Source: the human T2T-CHM13v2.0 reference genome, Homo sapiens
Assembly (NCBI RefSeq): GCF_009914755.1
Contig: NC_060928.1
Length of the DNA: 64,000 bases
Reading direction: 5' to 3' (one strand)
Shown: one piece after another, positions 1 through 20,315 of the stretch
Numbering within the stretch: the first letter of the stretch is position 1
Layout: each line of letters opens with the position of its first letter
Notes under the pieces: generated by a model
What the model was told of the DNA's origin: nothing
Database searches by the model: none
What the model saw: only the letters and a program-made list of their open reading frames with translations
Translations under genes and position numbers: made by a program

Positions 1-27
1 ACTTATTAGTGCCAGGATTCTTTGGTT

Positions 28-240
28 GGTTCTTTAGAAGTTTTTACATAGACAATCATTATCATCTGTGAACAAACACAGTTTTGTTCGTTGCTTCCCT
101 TTCTGTATGTTTTATTTCTTTTGTTGCTGTTGTTTTACTGCATTAGCTACAACTTCCAGCGTAATGTTGAATAGAGGTGATGAGAACAGACATCCTTGTC
201 TTATTCCTAATCTTAGTAGGAAAGTATCTAGTTTCTCCAA
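28..240 (-). mobile_element. Old L1 (L1M-type) ORF2 fragment
   Basis: Minus strand translates to FLLRLGIRQGCLFSSPLFNITLEVVANAVKQ, matching the L1 ORF2 RT motif [31 protein letters not shown]. Confidence 0.8.
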
Positions 241-249
241 TAGACTTTA

Positions 250-810
<561 letters not shown>

Positions 811-1208
811 TAAATATACAAAAGAAGAAAAATAACTATAACCCTTAGCTCACCGTCCAAACACAATATGGCAAAATGTGGGCATTTTCTTATAATTTCT
901 ATATGTGGTTATTGTTCTAATGGTTTTTTAAGTATTTTAATGCTACTATATATTCTCTGAAAATGTTACTGACTCTACAACATTTCATGAATATTCAAAT
1001 GAATATTCCATGCCTTAGATAAGTATTCCCCTATAGATGGATCTTTAAATTATTTATAATTTTCCTCTGTTATAAATAATATTGCTATAAAAATATTTTT
1101 GCATGGAGGACTTTATATATTTAGAAACAATTCATTACAATATATTTCAGAAATTCTTGAATCAAAAAATTTTAGGTTCATGGTATATTGGAAAATTACT
1201 TTCCATGT

Positions 1209-2095
<887 letters not shown>

Positions 2096-3033
2096 ATTAA
2101 ATATTATATACCTCTTTTTATGTATGTTTCTAATTACTCATGGTTTAATTTTTTATTAGCCACATTTTTCACTAGTTGCATTTCCTCTTTTGTGTATTTT
2201 TAAATTCATGTTGTTTGGCCATTTATCTGTTAGAGATTTAGTGGCTTTCTTGTTGATTTGCATGAATTACTTATGGCCATTTGCCTTACTTTGGCCATTT
2301 GCCTTCTAGATTTGCTTTGACATTTTCCAAGTTTGTTATTTGCCTTTAAATTTTATTTTTTATATTTTAATTATAAATTATTTATATATCATCATATGTA
2401 AATAGAATAATATATATAATCTACACATTTACATAATTTAATATTTACTTCTGTTTTCTTTAATTTTCTGTGGCTATATTTTTTAAATTGTGGTAAAATC
2501 AAGTAATATGAAATGTACCATCTTAACCATTTCTGTGGTTATACATTTTTGAATTAAATATATTTGTGAGGATCTAAGATATTGCATTTAAAATTTTATT
2601 TTCATAAATAGTAATGTACCAACTCCATTCATTCAATAGATAATTATTAATCATTTACTCTGATAAGCAATTATAAACATTTAGATAGGAGATATTCTTA
2701 CAGTGTGGTGGAGGAGACAAACAACTCCAGGATTATGTGATAAATGCAGTGATAGAGGTATACATAGTCTACTATAGCTACTTTTTTTTTCTTAGTAGAG
2801 ATGAATTCTCACTATGTTGCCCAGGCTAGTCTTGAACACCTGAACTCAAGCGATCCTCCTGCCTCAGCCTCCCAAAGTGCAGGGATTACAGGTGTGGGCC
2901 CTCATGCCCAGCCTACTATAGATACTCTCATTCATTCAGTAAATACTTTAGTGACTGCTATATGTCAAGTACCATGCTGGGCCACAGACAATCAACAGGG
3001 AACCAATCATGGTCCCTGTTTTGGTTTTTAAAA

Positions 3034-3068
3034 AAGAGAGAGAGAGAGAGAAACAGAGAGAGAGAGAG
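3034..3068. repeat. Interrupted (GA)n microsatellite
   Basis: Direct reading. Confidence 0.85.
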
Positions 3069-3227
3069 AAAACTTACACTCAAACAGAGGATACAGATAC
3101 ATTTATTGTGTGGTTAGCTGATTTATTGTGTGTCATAATAGAGAAAACATGGGCTGCCATGGGAAAACAGAAGATCCATCTAAATCCAATCAGGCTAGGG
3201 AGTCATAGGGAGTCAGAAAGGCCTTAC

Positions 3228-3514
3228 TAATGCAGGAACAGAAGACCAAATACCGCAGGTTCTCACTTATAAGTGGGAGCTAAATGATGAGAACACCTGG
3301 ACACATAGAGGGAAATAACACACTGGGGCCTATCAGAGGGTGGAGGGTCGGAAGAAGGAGAGGATCAGGAAAAAAAAACTAATGAGTACTAGGCTTAATA
3401 CCTGCCTGCTGAAATAATCCATACAGCAAACACCCATAACACAAGTTTACGTATGTAACAAACTTGCACGTGTCCCTGAACTTAAAAGTTAAAAAAAAAA
3501 AAAAAAAAAAAAAA
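3228..3514 (+). mobile_element. 5'-truncated L1PA 3' end with polyA tail
   Basis: TTCTCACTTATAAGTGGGAGCTAAATGATGAGAACAC...GTAACAAACTTGCACGTG...CTTAAAAGTTAAAA matches the primate L1 3'UTR. Confidence 0.9.
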
Positions 3515-3517
3515 GAC

Positions 3518-3885
<368 letters not shown>

Positions 3886-4204
3886 CTACAAGTTAGCAGG
3901 CTGTGTACCCCTTAGTCAACTGAGAGAAGTGAAGCTAAAAATGTGGGCAGGAGCCAGAACAAATTGTCTTTTATGCTAAATCCTGGCATCATGTCCTGAA
4001 TAATCTTTCCCTTTCACACAAAAATAATATTAGCACATAACTTACTATGTGTCAGTCTCTGTTCCAAGTGCCTTACATGTACTGGCTCATTCGTTTCTAT
4101 ATTCCAGAGAAAACCATTTGGTTCAGTGTATTAACTCGTTTAATTCTCACAATAATCCATGAAGTGCATATTATTATTATGCCTTTTCTTAAAGAGGAAA
4201 CTGA

Positions 4205-5860
<1,656 letters not shown>

Positions 5861-6339
5861 AAATTAATTAATTAATTAAAAAATTAGAGATTAGAGAATT
5901 TTAGTTAAGTTAAATAAATAAAATAAAAAATAAAATTAGAGATTAGAGGATTTTAGTTAAGTTAAATGTATTAAATTGAAAAGTATTTCATTTTTCCATC
6001 CACAAAGTGCTATATTTTCTCATTCAAGTCTTCTCTCAAATCTACCAATACATTTTTGCAATTTTCCTAAAATAGGTAACATTTATTAAGATTGTTCTTA
6101 GATGCGTTATAATTTTGTGGAGAAGTGTAATTTCTTATTGTGTTTTCTAATTCTTTACTATTGGTATGTAGGAATGCTATATACTTGTATATGTTATTTT
6201 TCTTGATATATGAGATTATAAAATTACCACACAAAAACTCTAAAAATAGAAAAGCTATATACCTTATTCAATAATGTTCAAAACATTCAGAAAAGATTTG
6301 GGTCAATATGAAAGGCTACACGGAAAATAATGTGATTTT

Positions 6340-6586
6340 AATCCAGTGTTTACATATGTGTTAGTTACACATTCAAACTCTTGTCACCGATGCATTTTCA
6401 TCTAATTTTTTCCATAATGAGAGAGAAGGAGACGCGTTGGTGACTGCAATAGGGCCACCTCCCTCAAATTACGTTGCTCTCTATGACCCATCCTCAGTCT
6501 CCCAGTTCAAGCTAATCATTGACAGAGCTTTACAATCACAAGCTTTTACTGAAGCTTTGATAAGACAGTCCAGCAGTTGGTGGCAA
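6340..6586 (+). promoter_or_regulatory. KLB: KLB proximal promoter / 5'UTR (not a CpG island)
   Basis: Unique sequence just upstream of the ATG; TGTTTAC 6347-6353, HNF1-like GCTAATCATTGAC 6511-6523, TGATAAG 6558-6564. The TSS cannot be fixed from sequence. Confidence 0.6.
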
Positions 6587-7411
6587 ATGAAGCCAGGCTG
6601 TGCGGCAGGATCTCCAGGGAATGAATGGATTTTCTTCAGCACTGATGAAATAACCACACGCTATAGGAATACAATGTCCAACGGGGGATTGCAAAGATCT
6701 GTCATCCTGTCAGCACTTATTCTGCTACGAGCTGTTACTGGATTCTCTGGAGATGGAAGAGCTATATGGTCTAAAAATCCTAATTTTACTCCGGTAAATG
6801 AAAGTCAGCTGTTTCTCTATGACACTTTCCCTAAAAACTTTTTCTGGGGTATTGGGACTGGAGCATTGCAAGTGGAAGGGAGTTGGAAGAAGGATGGAAA
6901 AGGACCTTCTATATGGGATCATTTCATCCACACACACCTTAAAAATGTCAGCAGCACGAATGGTTCCAGTGACAGTTATATTTTTCTGGAAAAAGACTTA
7001 TCAGCCCTGGATTTTATAGGAGTTTCTTTTTATCAATTTTCAATTTCCTGGCCAAGGCTTTTCCCCGATGGAATAGTAACAGTTGCCAACGCAAAAGGTC
7101 TGCAGTACTACAGTACTCTTCTGGACGCTCTAGTGCTTAGAAACATTGAACCTATAGTTACTTTATACCACTGGGATTTGCCTTTGGCACTACAAGAAAA
7201 ATATGGGGGGTGGAAAAATGATACCATAATAGATATCTTCAATGACTATGCCACATACTGTTTCCAGATGTTTGGGGACCGTGTCAAATATTGGATTACA
7301 ATTCACAACCCATATCTAGTGGCTTGGCATGGGTATGGGACAGGTATGCATGCCCCTGGAGAGAAGGGAAATTTAGCAGCTGTCTACACTGTGGGACACA
7401 ACTTGATCAAG
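6587..7411 (+). CDS. KLB: Beta-Klotho coding exon 1 (aa 1-275; signal segment and start of GH1-like domain 1)
   Basis: [14 protein letters not shown]...GHNLIK; GH1 motifs [10 protein letters not shown] and VTLYHWDLP; donor AAG|GTACTG; 825 nt. Confidence 0.99.
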
Positions 7412-8112
7412 GTACTGTACAGCTAGCTTCTTCTTATAGCTTCAGAAAACACTAAGAATTTAAGAATTTACCTTCTGCCTCAGTAATTCTCTTCACTGAA
7501 ATCAAGGCAACTGATTTTAAGCTAATTCAAAAGATCTATCCTCAAATTTTGCATTTAAGTTAGTGTATGTTTTATTTATCTAAGGTATTTTTAATGTATT
7601 AATCCAATTAGTTTTTTCAAAAGTTGCACTTTGAGGCTATTTTTAAATCTACCATTATACACTACAGTGTGAATATATGAGCTTACTTTCATTCTGTGGG
7701 AAAACAGTGCTTCATAAATTTAATTGTTGGAACCCTTTTCTGACAACATGCAATCATTTCAGAATTATCTTAAGGCACAACCATTTCAAATATGTATTTG
7801 TTGTTAAGTATAGCTAACTTAGCTAATAAGTAAATAAAGTAAGTAAATAAGTAAGCCAAATAAATGTTAGCTAACTCATGCATATTAAATACAGAAATTT
7901 AAATATACTTCACTTTTGATTTTATTTGTGTTACATAGCAAAAAAGAGAAGATTAATTGTTATGGGAGCTAAACACATTTCTTCCCATAAGAACTGGGAA
8001 GAATGTGCTCTACTAAAGCAATTTTCAAGCAATATATTTCAAAAGCTAGAGATAATGTTGAGAAATGTTAAAATTAGTAAAACAATAGTGAAAATACAAG
8101 CAAAATAATAGG

Positions 8113-8280
8113 TAATAATTACTGAGTACTTATTATGTACCACAGACTACATTAAGTATTTTACATGCATCGTTACAGTTGATCCTCTTAACAGCCTTTT
8201 GAACTAGTTTTATTATTCTTCCCATTTAAAAGATGAGGAAACTGAAGCTTAATGAGATTAAATAATTTTCCCAAGGTTAA
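8113..8280 (-). mobile_element. MIR (other MIR relics near 4040-4255, 17400-17570, 22030-22235, 27420-27610, 32410-33130)
   Basis: MIR core CCCATTT..AGATGAGGAAACTGAAGCT... Confidence 0.7.
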
Positions 8281-8928
8281 GGAGTAAAATACAGCTGTTG
8301 TGGACATGGATTTTTTAAATGACAACATAATTAACACTAACTGTCTTCATTAAGAATGCTTTGAAAAGAAGACTCAGGAATTTGCAAGAGATTTTAGCCT
8401 CACATTGAGGCTAATATCTAGAATCGAATTTAACTTTTTGAGTCAAATAGTTTACTTAGGAAAAATAAATTATTCTGCACACCTGTTACATTTTAAAAAT
8501 GAAAAAACTTTATCAATATAATTTTATAATGTGCTACAAAAAGTAATTTAATTATTAATAATCAAAAGCTAAATATACAGAAGTAGAAAAAAAATACAGC
8601 AACATAAAATAATTCCATGTCTAAATTTGTACATACAAAAATATCTGCTATCACTTCTTTTCTTTTTGAACTTTTCTGGATTATTACACATGTGCATTGT
8701 ACTATGGTTTCAGATACATCTGCCCTTGAGGTAAACAGATTGCATTATGATTTCAAGGTCATTTGCATATCTTTGACTAGAGTTGTATATAGAACATATT
8801 AATGTGTGGGTATACTGTGATTTGACAAAATAAGACCTTAAAGGGTAGAAATTGTATAGGTATTTAACAGTTATCAAGATTATGCATACAAAAGTTAGAA
8901 AAATATTCCTCTCATTTAGTCCTTTTAA

Positions 8929-9585
<657 letters not shown>

Positions 9586-10681
9586 ATATCACATTGTACC
9601 AAAGGATCTAAAGTGAAAAAGTTAAATCCCTCTCCCTCTCTTCACCTGACAATCCCAGGCCAAGGACGCTACTGTTAATAGTTTCTTATACATTCTTTTT
9701 AAAGTTTTCTATGCAAATACATGCATGAATATGTTTATTTAACCTTTGTATAAAGAAAAATATTCTAAATTGTTGAAAAGTCATTACCTGGAAAAATGTC
9801 AACAATTAGAGTTTTCATGAAAATGTATTTTAAGGATTAAAGCCTTAAAATTGGCTGATAAGAATAAACAGGCAAAAAGCTTTAACAGATATTGCTTCCA
9901 AACATAGTTGATAAAATGACATATTTTCAGATGTTTTCATTTTCCTCTAATTTGAGATATTCTCTGCCTTTAACACAAAATTAGCACTTTATGATCGTGA
10001 GATAAATTTTATTATTTTAAATGGAGGGATATGTTTTTCAACTATTGTGTTTTCCAAATAATGTTTGTATTGCCTTAAAAGTTCTAAATCACTAGACTAA
10101 ATAAATGGTGTGAGGGGTCCTTGAAATCAGTCAGAAAGTGAAATACACTGCATGACCCAGTGACGTATAGCACTAAAGAAATCTTGCAATGATTTGGTAG
10201 CCTGAGGTGAACTTGTTTTTCCCACTTGTCCCCTCGCTGTCTTGACTTTCACGTAGAAAACATTAATTTGATATTTTACGTTGCAATGAAGTATTTCTTC
10301 CTTCTCCTGCCCCCTTGTGACCCAGAAGAAGCATTCTTTAGGAATAGTTTTTAGACCGAAAACATTTATTGAGCTACACAAGCCTAATATAAAACTGAAT
10401 TCTGGGGGGGTATGGACCCCTTCATTCCCCACTTCTCAGATAGAGAAAAGGTTTCATAGTGGCTATTGGGGTCCTTTTCGTTCCAGAATGATCTGGAAAA
10501 CTCCATCTCGGTTTGAAATGTTCCCATTTGGAGGAAACCTGAATGGTCCAGAGGGTCCCAAGGCTGACTTGCAATTTAGATTCCACTTTATTGCAGATGT
10601 AGGGAGTACCTTAATGCGGGTCTAAGACTCAGGTAAAAATTTTCCATAATCACACCTACTAATGGATGAACCAACTCTAAG

Positions 10682-11875
<1,194 letters not shown>

Positions 11876-11989
11876 AGAAATATTATGAACATTTACATTC
11901 CAAAAGGACATAAATAAATAAATATTATCTATACTCTTTACAACAATCTTGCCAGGTAACTATTATCCTCATCTTACAGTGTGATATTT

Positions 11990-12485
11990 TGAATATGCGT
12001 GATATTGCTCCCCTGTGTAAAATCCATTAGTGGCCCCCCCAAGCTTTGGGGATAAAGTCTCAATTTTTCACCAAGACCTTTGAGATACAGTTCCCAGCCT
12101 CCTTCCTGGCCACTCTCCCATCCTCTTGCACTTCATATTCGATCATAACACACTACTGCCAGTGTCTCAGTCTCTCCTTACTATTTCTCTCCACCCAGCC
12201 TCAACTATCCCACTCTGTCTAGCTCAAATGCCCTCTTTACTTCGTGATGGTCACTGCCTCCAAGTCATTCTTGCCCCTTTAGGATTTAAGTGCCCCTTCT
12301 GCTGGCTCCCATAAGATGGGCTTGTTTCTAGCATAGCACTCATACGACATGATACTTTTCCATCTCCCCAGCTAGACTGAGAGTTCTTTCAAAGGAGAGA
12401 CAATTTTTAAATTTGCCTTTATGTTCTCAGCACCTAGCACAGAATATTTGTACATATTAGGTGTAAATGTTGGTTAAATGAATGG
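11990..12485 (+). mobile_element. L2 3' relic (similar relics near 38080-38385 and 51700-52570)
   Basis: L2 3' terminus pattern ...CAGCACCTAGCACAG...GTTAAATGAATG. Confidence 0.6.
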
Positions 12486-12596
12486 TTTAGGATTTCTGTC
12501 TTAAATACTGTAATCAAAAACTAATCTCAAGTTCAATCTTCATATTTCATTGCATTATTGCAAACTGTCGAAATATTACTGATATTAATCGGGTGG

Positions 12597-12720
12597 TATA
12601 TTAGTCAGGACTTTTTTGGTGGCAAGTTACAGAAATCTAATTCAAATTGGCTAAAGCAAAAAGGGGCAATTTCCTGGCTCAGTAACCAGACCACAGGGAT
12701 GAATGGGCTCAGTGACCAGG
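12597..12720. mobile_element. LTR33/MLT-like ERVL LTR fragment
   Basis: TATTAGTCAGGACTTTTTTGGTGGCAAGTTACAGAAATCTAATTCAAATTGGCTAAAGCAAAAAGGG resembles the LTR33 terminus. Confidence 0.55.
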
Positions 12721-13199
12721 AAGGCCCTTTATTTCAGCCTCTCACGTCCATTTCTTCCTCGGGTTGTGTCATCTTCTCCTTTGTAGAGGAAAGATTTCTC
12801 TCTCCCAAGTTTAGTTTTTTCAATCCCAGAAATGTATTTGGCCTATGCAGCAAAGCCCCAAGGGTTCACATTAGTAAAGGCAGTAATGTCTGTTTTCATT
12901 CTATTTTTAAATCAATAAATACATGTAATAATTTAAATTTGTACATTTCCCTTTTAGAATGGAACATTTGAGAGTCTCTGAGTAAACATGCACAGAGGTT
13001 TGGGAAGGTGAATTTGCTCATGAGACAATAACTCATTCTGTTTATTACTCCACTAAATATTGCCAAAGCGGGGCAGAGTTGCTCCTGCCTGTAATCCTAG
13101 CACTTTGGGAAACCGAGGGAAGAAGATCCCTTGAGCCCAGGAGTTCAAGACTAACCTGAGCAACATAGTTTTGTAGAGACAAGACAAACCTTGTCTCTA

Positions 13200-13448
<249 letters not shown>

Positions 13449-13530
13449 TTAAAAATCTTTGTCTTTTACTAGTCACATTGGGTTAGGGGGAAAATGTTAT
13501 CTTTCATAGATAAATACTGTTTACATAGTA

Positions 13531-13760
13531 CAAAGATTTCTCAAACCTGGTCACTATTGACATTTGGGGTCAGATAATTCTTTGCTGTGGTAGGCTGTCC
13601 TGTGCAATGGAGGAGTTCAGCAGCATCTAAACTCTACTCACTAGATGACAGTAGCTCCCCCATTTTCAGTGTTGTGACAATCAAAAATGTCTCCAGACCT
13701 TGCCAAATGTCCCCAGGAAGTCAAAATTCCTCCCCCTCACTCCACCTTTGAAAACCACTG
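13531..13760 (-). mobile_element. MER20 (hAT-Charlie DNA transposon), near full length
   Basis: CACTATTGACATTTGGGGTCAGATAATTCTTTG...GTGACAATCAAAAATGTCTCCAGACCTTGCCAAATGTCCCC...GAAAACCACTG is the reverse complement of MER20. Confidence 0.88.
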
Positions 13761-14246
13761 ACTTATTCTATAGTAGACAACTGGTTAAAGACATGAAGCA
13801 CAAAGAACAAGGACATTGACATGTAACCAGTATGAGGGGCATAAAAATGATTATTTTACACAATTGCCTCAAGGAGATCTTCACCAGATCTGTAAGTTGC
13901 ATACAGAAACTCAAAATTAATGTACAGCCTATACTGTTTTTAGAAAAAAAAAAAAAACAGTGCTTTTAAAATGTTAAAAGAGGAAATAATATTTAATCAT
14001 CAACATGATTACATCTAGTTTGGCTTTTCACATATCGAGAATAAAGACTGTCCCTCCTGGCTTTGCCTTATTTGTGAAATACTTGAAAGAGCTGCCCCAA
14101 ACCATTTTTCTTATATTAAGCATTAGTTATTTCTTAACCATTAATATTTTCTTATATTAACCATTCATGAACAAAACACTAATCTTACTTTTTAAAAAAG
14201 CTTTTCCTTTTTTAAAAAGCAAAATTCGGCCAGGTGTGGTGGCTCA

Positions 14247-14540
<294 letters not shown>

Positions 14541-15746
14541 CTATTCAAACAAAATGTTATATAAGCAACGTTTATCCATTTTTGATGCTATAACATTGTG
14601 TTTCACAAAGTTTGGTGGGGGTTGGGTTTTTTGGTTTGTTTTTTGAGAAGGAGTGATTCTCCTGCCTCAGCCTCCCAAGTAGCTGGGATTACAGGAATGT
14701 GCCACCACTCACGGCTAATTTTTGTATTTTTAGTAGAGACGGGGTTTCACCATGTTGGCCAGGCTGGTCTCGAACTCTGGGCCTTGGGTGATAGACCCGC
14801 CTCGGCCTCTCAAAGTGTTGAGATTACAGGCGTGAGCCACTGCGCCTGTCCAAAGTTTGGTTTTTTATGTGTCACTTTATGTTCTATTTTTCTGGTTTTC
14901 TGTTTGTATACATATCTATACATATCTAAGTATCATTATGTACTATTGTTTACTAAAATATTTTTCTGTTAGAAATATATTTTGAGGCCAGGTGAAGTGG
15001 CTCATGCCTGTATTCTCAACACTTTGGGAGGTCGACACAGGAGGGTTGCTTGAGCTCAGGAGTTCGAGGCTGCAGTGAGCTGTGATCATGCCTCTGCACT
15101 CCAGCTTGGGTGATAGAGGGAGACTGCATCTCTAAAAAAATAAAAAATAAATAAAATTTCAAAAATATTTAAGTCATAAAATGCTTGTCCTTATTACATA
15201 ATGAAAATAATTTAAATAATGTGCATTATTTATTAGATGGTAAAATGCCCAAATTTATGTGCATGTGTTATTAGCATTTAAAATATTTATTCTATTAATG
15301 TTTTAAATTTAAATAGGCCTTAAAATACAATAGTCAATAAAGTATATTTACATAAAATAAAGCATATGTCAACGCTTTTTATATTTTTTTATTACCACAC
15401 ACAAATGATGAAATAATTTTTTAAATTCCTCATGGGTTCAAGAGATTGCTTAACACTGTGAAAGTGGCTTTCAGGATAAGATATGTTGGGAAACCCTACT
15501 CTAGGTCAAGGCCTCACCAACTTTTTCCTGAGCCTAGGATAAAACTGGATTTCTTTCCTATTTTTCCACTTCTTTGACTAACTTTGTTTTAACATTTCCT
15601 GGCATAATTCCTTCACAGAAGCTCACACATGCTGGACACGTGTTAGGCATTCAATGAGTAATTGATTATTTTCAATTTAAGGAAGATCTACCTTGTTCCA
15701 GAAAGGATTTAAACCTGCAACAACAACAAAAAAAAAGTAGATTGCA

Positions 15747-15747
<1 letters not shown>

Positions 15748-15778
<31 letters not shown>
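15748..15778. repeat. (CA)~15 microsatellite
   Basis: Direct reading. Confidence 0.95.
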
Positions 15779-15780
<2 letters not shown>

Positions 15781-16970
15781 CTAAACATTAGTCTTTCCAG
15801 AACACTCAAATCAATTAGATATGTCTCTTTAAAATATTGTACATTAAAAACCCATCTTGAAACAAGCTGCAGAATTTTGATGGCTGTTAAAACTCAGTGA
15901 TGTGTTTATGAGGGTTTATTATTGTTTCTATTTTTGTGTATTATGACAATTTCCATAATTAAAAGTAAAAAAATAAGTAGCATAAGAAGGTAAAGAGAAT
16001 ATTTTACATTTAAAAATAAAAGACTTTTTCCAACAAGAAACTAAAAAAAACTTTTTTTAAATCTTCATATAGTTCTCTTCTTAAAGGCTCTGTTAAAATT
16101 ATTAAACAAAATTTAGTATTTAAACTGCAAAAACAAGGGTCAAGTGCAGTGACTCATGCCGGTAATCCCAACACTTTGGGAGGCTGAGGCAGGAGGATTG
16201 CTTGACTCCAGGAGTTCAAGATCAGCCTAAGCAACGTAGTGAGACTTCGGTCTCTACAAAAAATGAAAATAAAAATGAGCTAGGCATGGTGGCATGAGCC
16301 TGTAGTTACCGCTACTGGGGGGCTGAGGTGAGAGAATTGCTTGAGCTCAAGAATTCAAGTTTAAAGCTATGATGGCACCACTGGACTCCAGCCTGGGTGA
16401 CAGGGTGAGACCCTGTCTCAAAAAGTAAATAATAAAACTGCAAAAACAGCCGTGAAAATGCCACCATTCCCATGATTAATAGCTAAGCCTTCTTTGCCAA
16501 CGGACTGCTGCAACTGCTTTCTTGAACATGAAGAAGGCTGCAGTGTTTCTTAGGCACATTTAAGTAAACAAAATGTCATTTTAAAGACTCTTTTGCCCAA
16601 ATCCCCCACCAATGTCTTGAAGATTAAGTGTAATATTTTGAAATGGAAATACTAGATGGAGCCTTTTTAGTTTGTCTTGGTTATATAGAAGCAAAATCTC
16701 CAAGGATTATCTGAAATTATTTTCTTTAATTGAAAAAAAGGATTTTTTAAAACTCCCTTGGTAAAGTCAGGTTTCAGGAGAATAACGTATCATAATTAAT
16801 TTGTGCTAAGTCTTATAGCTAAAAAATTAGCCAAGCTTTTTTTTTTGACAAAGGACGAAAGAAAGAGGGTTAAAACAAACAACAAAACCTATTACTTTCT
16901 TCCTTCCACCACTTTCCCCTCCCACATCAAAAAAGTGGTTTTTTGTTTGTTTGTTTGTTTGTTTGTTTGA

Positions 16971-17078
<108 letters not shown>

Positions 17079-18011
17079 TAGCTGGGATTACAGGCATACA
17101 CCGCCACGCCTGGCTAATTTTGTATTTTTGGCAGAGACAGAGTTACTCCATGTTGGTCAGACTGGTCTTGAACTCCTAACCTCGGCCTCCCAAAATGCTG
17201 GGATTACAGGCATGAGCCATTGCACCCAGCCCAAAATGCTTTTTTAAAAAAAAGAAGAAAGAATAAAGAACAGTCTTAATTCTTAAAGTGAAGGACTGAG
17301 ACAATTATTACAGATAACTTTTTGACATTCTATCATATTCTTTTAAATTACTATTGTAAGAACTTTTATTGCATACATACTGTAATATCAGAAACATACT
17401 AGGTACCTGTAATATATTATCTCATTTAATTCACTCATCAGCTTTGCCAGGTAGGTGTTCTGAAACTCAACTTACAATTGATGAAACTGAGGCCCAGAGA
17501 AATTTGCCCAAGATTACATAGAGGATAAGTATCAAAGCCAAAATTAAAGTCTGATCTGTGTCAATCCAAGCTAGCAAGTTCTGATGACATAAATCAGCTG
17601 CCCCGCTTCAATGAAAAAAAATTTACAGCTTCAAAACCCATGTCCATCACTTGTTTTGATACTGTCTCAGCAGATATTTTACTTTGCTTTGCTTATTAAA
17701 AGGCCAGAACAATCTCTCTACATGTTTAATTTGTCCATGAGATCTATGAACCATTTATCCCCTGACTCATATATTAAAAGTTGGGTTTTTCATTTGTCCT
17801 CATGATTTTAATTATTTGCTCAAAATTTAGCATCCCATTAAAGTGATGTTAAATCACTGAAGTGTGCCCTTGACAATATCTTTTTTATTTTTTTTGAAGA
17901 GTCTCGCTCTGTCACCTAGGCTGGAGTAGTGCAGTGGTGCAATCTCGGCTCACTGCAACCTCCACCTCCTGGTTCAAGCGATTCTCCTGCCTCAGCCTCC
18001 CAAGTAGCTAA

Positions 18012-18182
<171 letters not shown>

Positions 18183-18262
18183 TAGAGTTAGCACAGTTCT
18201 TCATTTGATTAGCTAAGGCATGGTACCTGCATATAATGCCAACCCATCTCCATCACGATCTA

Positions 18263-18655
<393 letters not shown>

Positions 18656-19022
18656 CTAAGTTTGAATAAATTATGAAAACTGCTTGTGGAGAATTGCCAA
18701 AGAGAATTTCTATAACCAGAATACCACTGTTAGTTATAAGAATCGTGTAAAAAAAAAACTTTTTCAACTACGACTGGTATTCTAAAACCTTCAAGAGAGC
18801 AATATTTACTTTTTCTAACCATTAAGTAGAAAAAGTTATACTTCAGTAAATGATTAACAAGAGTTTAAATAAACGTAATTATAAATGCTCAGAGAATAAT
18901 ATTGCGATCCTATTTAAACAGCTTGATTTGATATGAGCACTCTCATACATGGAAAATCAGACCCAAATGGAGATCAGAAAATATTTTAAGTAATGGAGAC
19001 AGTGCTGGACATGATGAAACTA

Positions 19023-19579
<557 letters not shown>

Positions 19580-20186
19580 TCAAAAAAAAAAAAAAAAAAA
19601 GGCTATTTTAAAAAGAAAAAGATATGATTAAAACTACTGAACATTAACAACAATTCTGTTGCTGAAAAGTAGTAGGGAAGCTGAGAATAGACCAGAACCT
19701 TCTAATTTACTGGCCAGTGAAGAGTGAATCACAGAAGTAATTAAAGTAATCCTTGGGTGATCTAGTAGTGTTACTTGAAAATGTTTCTGGGTAACCCTGA
19801 GGTTGGTGAAAGCCAGGATCTTTTAGTATTTGGGGGAGTTCATTGCTTGGTTCTGCTTAATGTCATATCTTGACCAGAGATTACATGACCAAAGTCTTGA
19901 GTAAAGGGCCAGGGTCTACTGTTATGAGTTTTTCTTTCATGTTAATCATGTATAATACATGACTCCTCCTTACATTGTTTTGAACATCAACGTATTATTA
20001 TAGAGGACAAAATATTCCTTAATATAGAATGAAATTCAGAGTAGCTGAACTTTACATTTAAGTCTGCTTTTTCCTTTGAGATTTTTGGAAGTCGGGGGAA
20101 GCTGAAGAGTGATAGCATAGAACAATCAAAGTCACCAACAGGAACAGTTTCAACCAATACCCTTGACTTCTTTTTTTTTGAGATAG

Positions 20187-20315
<129 letters not shown>

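Noticed and set aside
2274-2305. Short tandem duplication TGGCCATTTGCCTT x2
   Set aside because: Ordinary slippage in degenerate repeat-derived DNA.
6437-6586. 50-codon in-frame extension upstream of KLB Met1 in the ORF track
   Set aside because: Starts at TTG in promoter/5'UTR sequence; no ATG and no homology support.
8753-8761. Perfect ERR/NR5A 9-mer TCAAGGTCA in KLB intron 1
   Set aside because: A single 9-mer is close to chance expectation in 64 kb.
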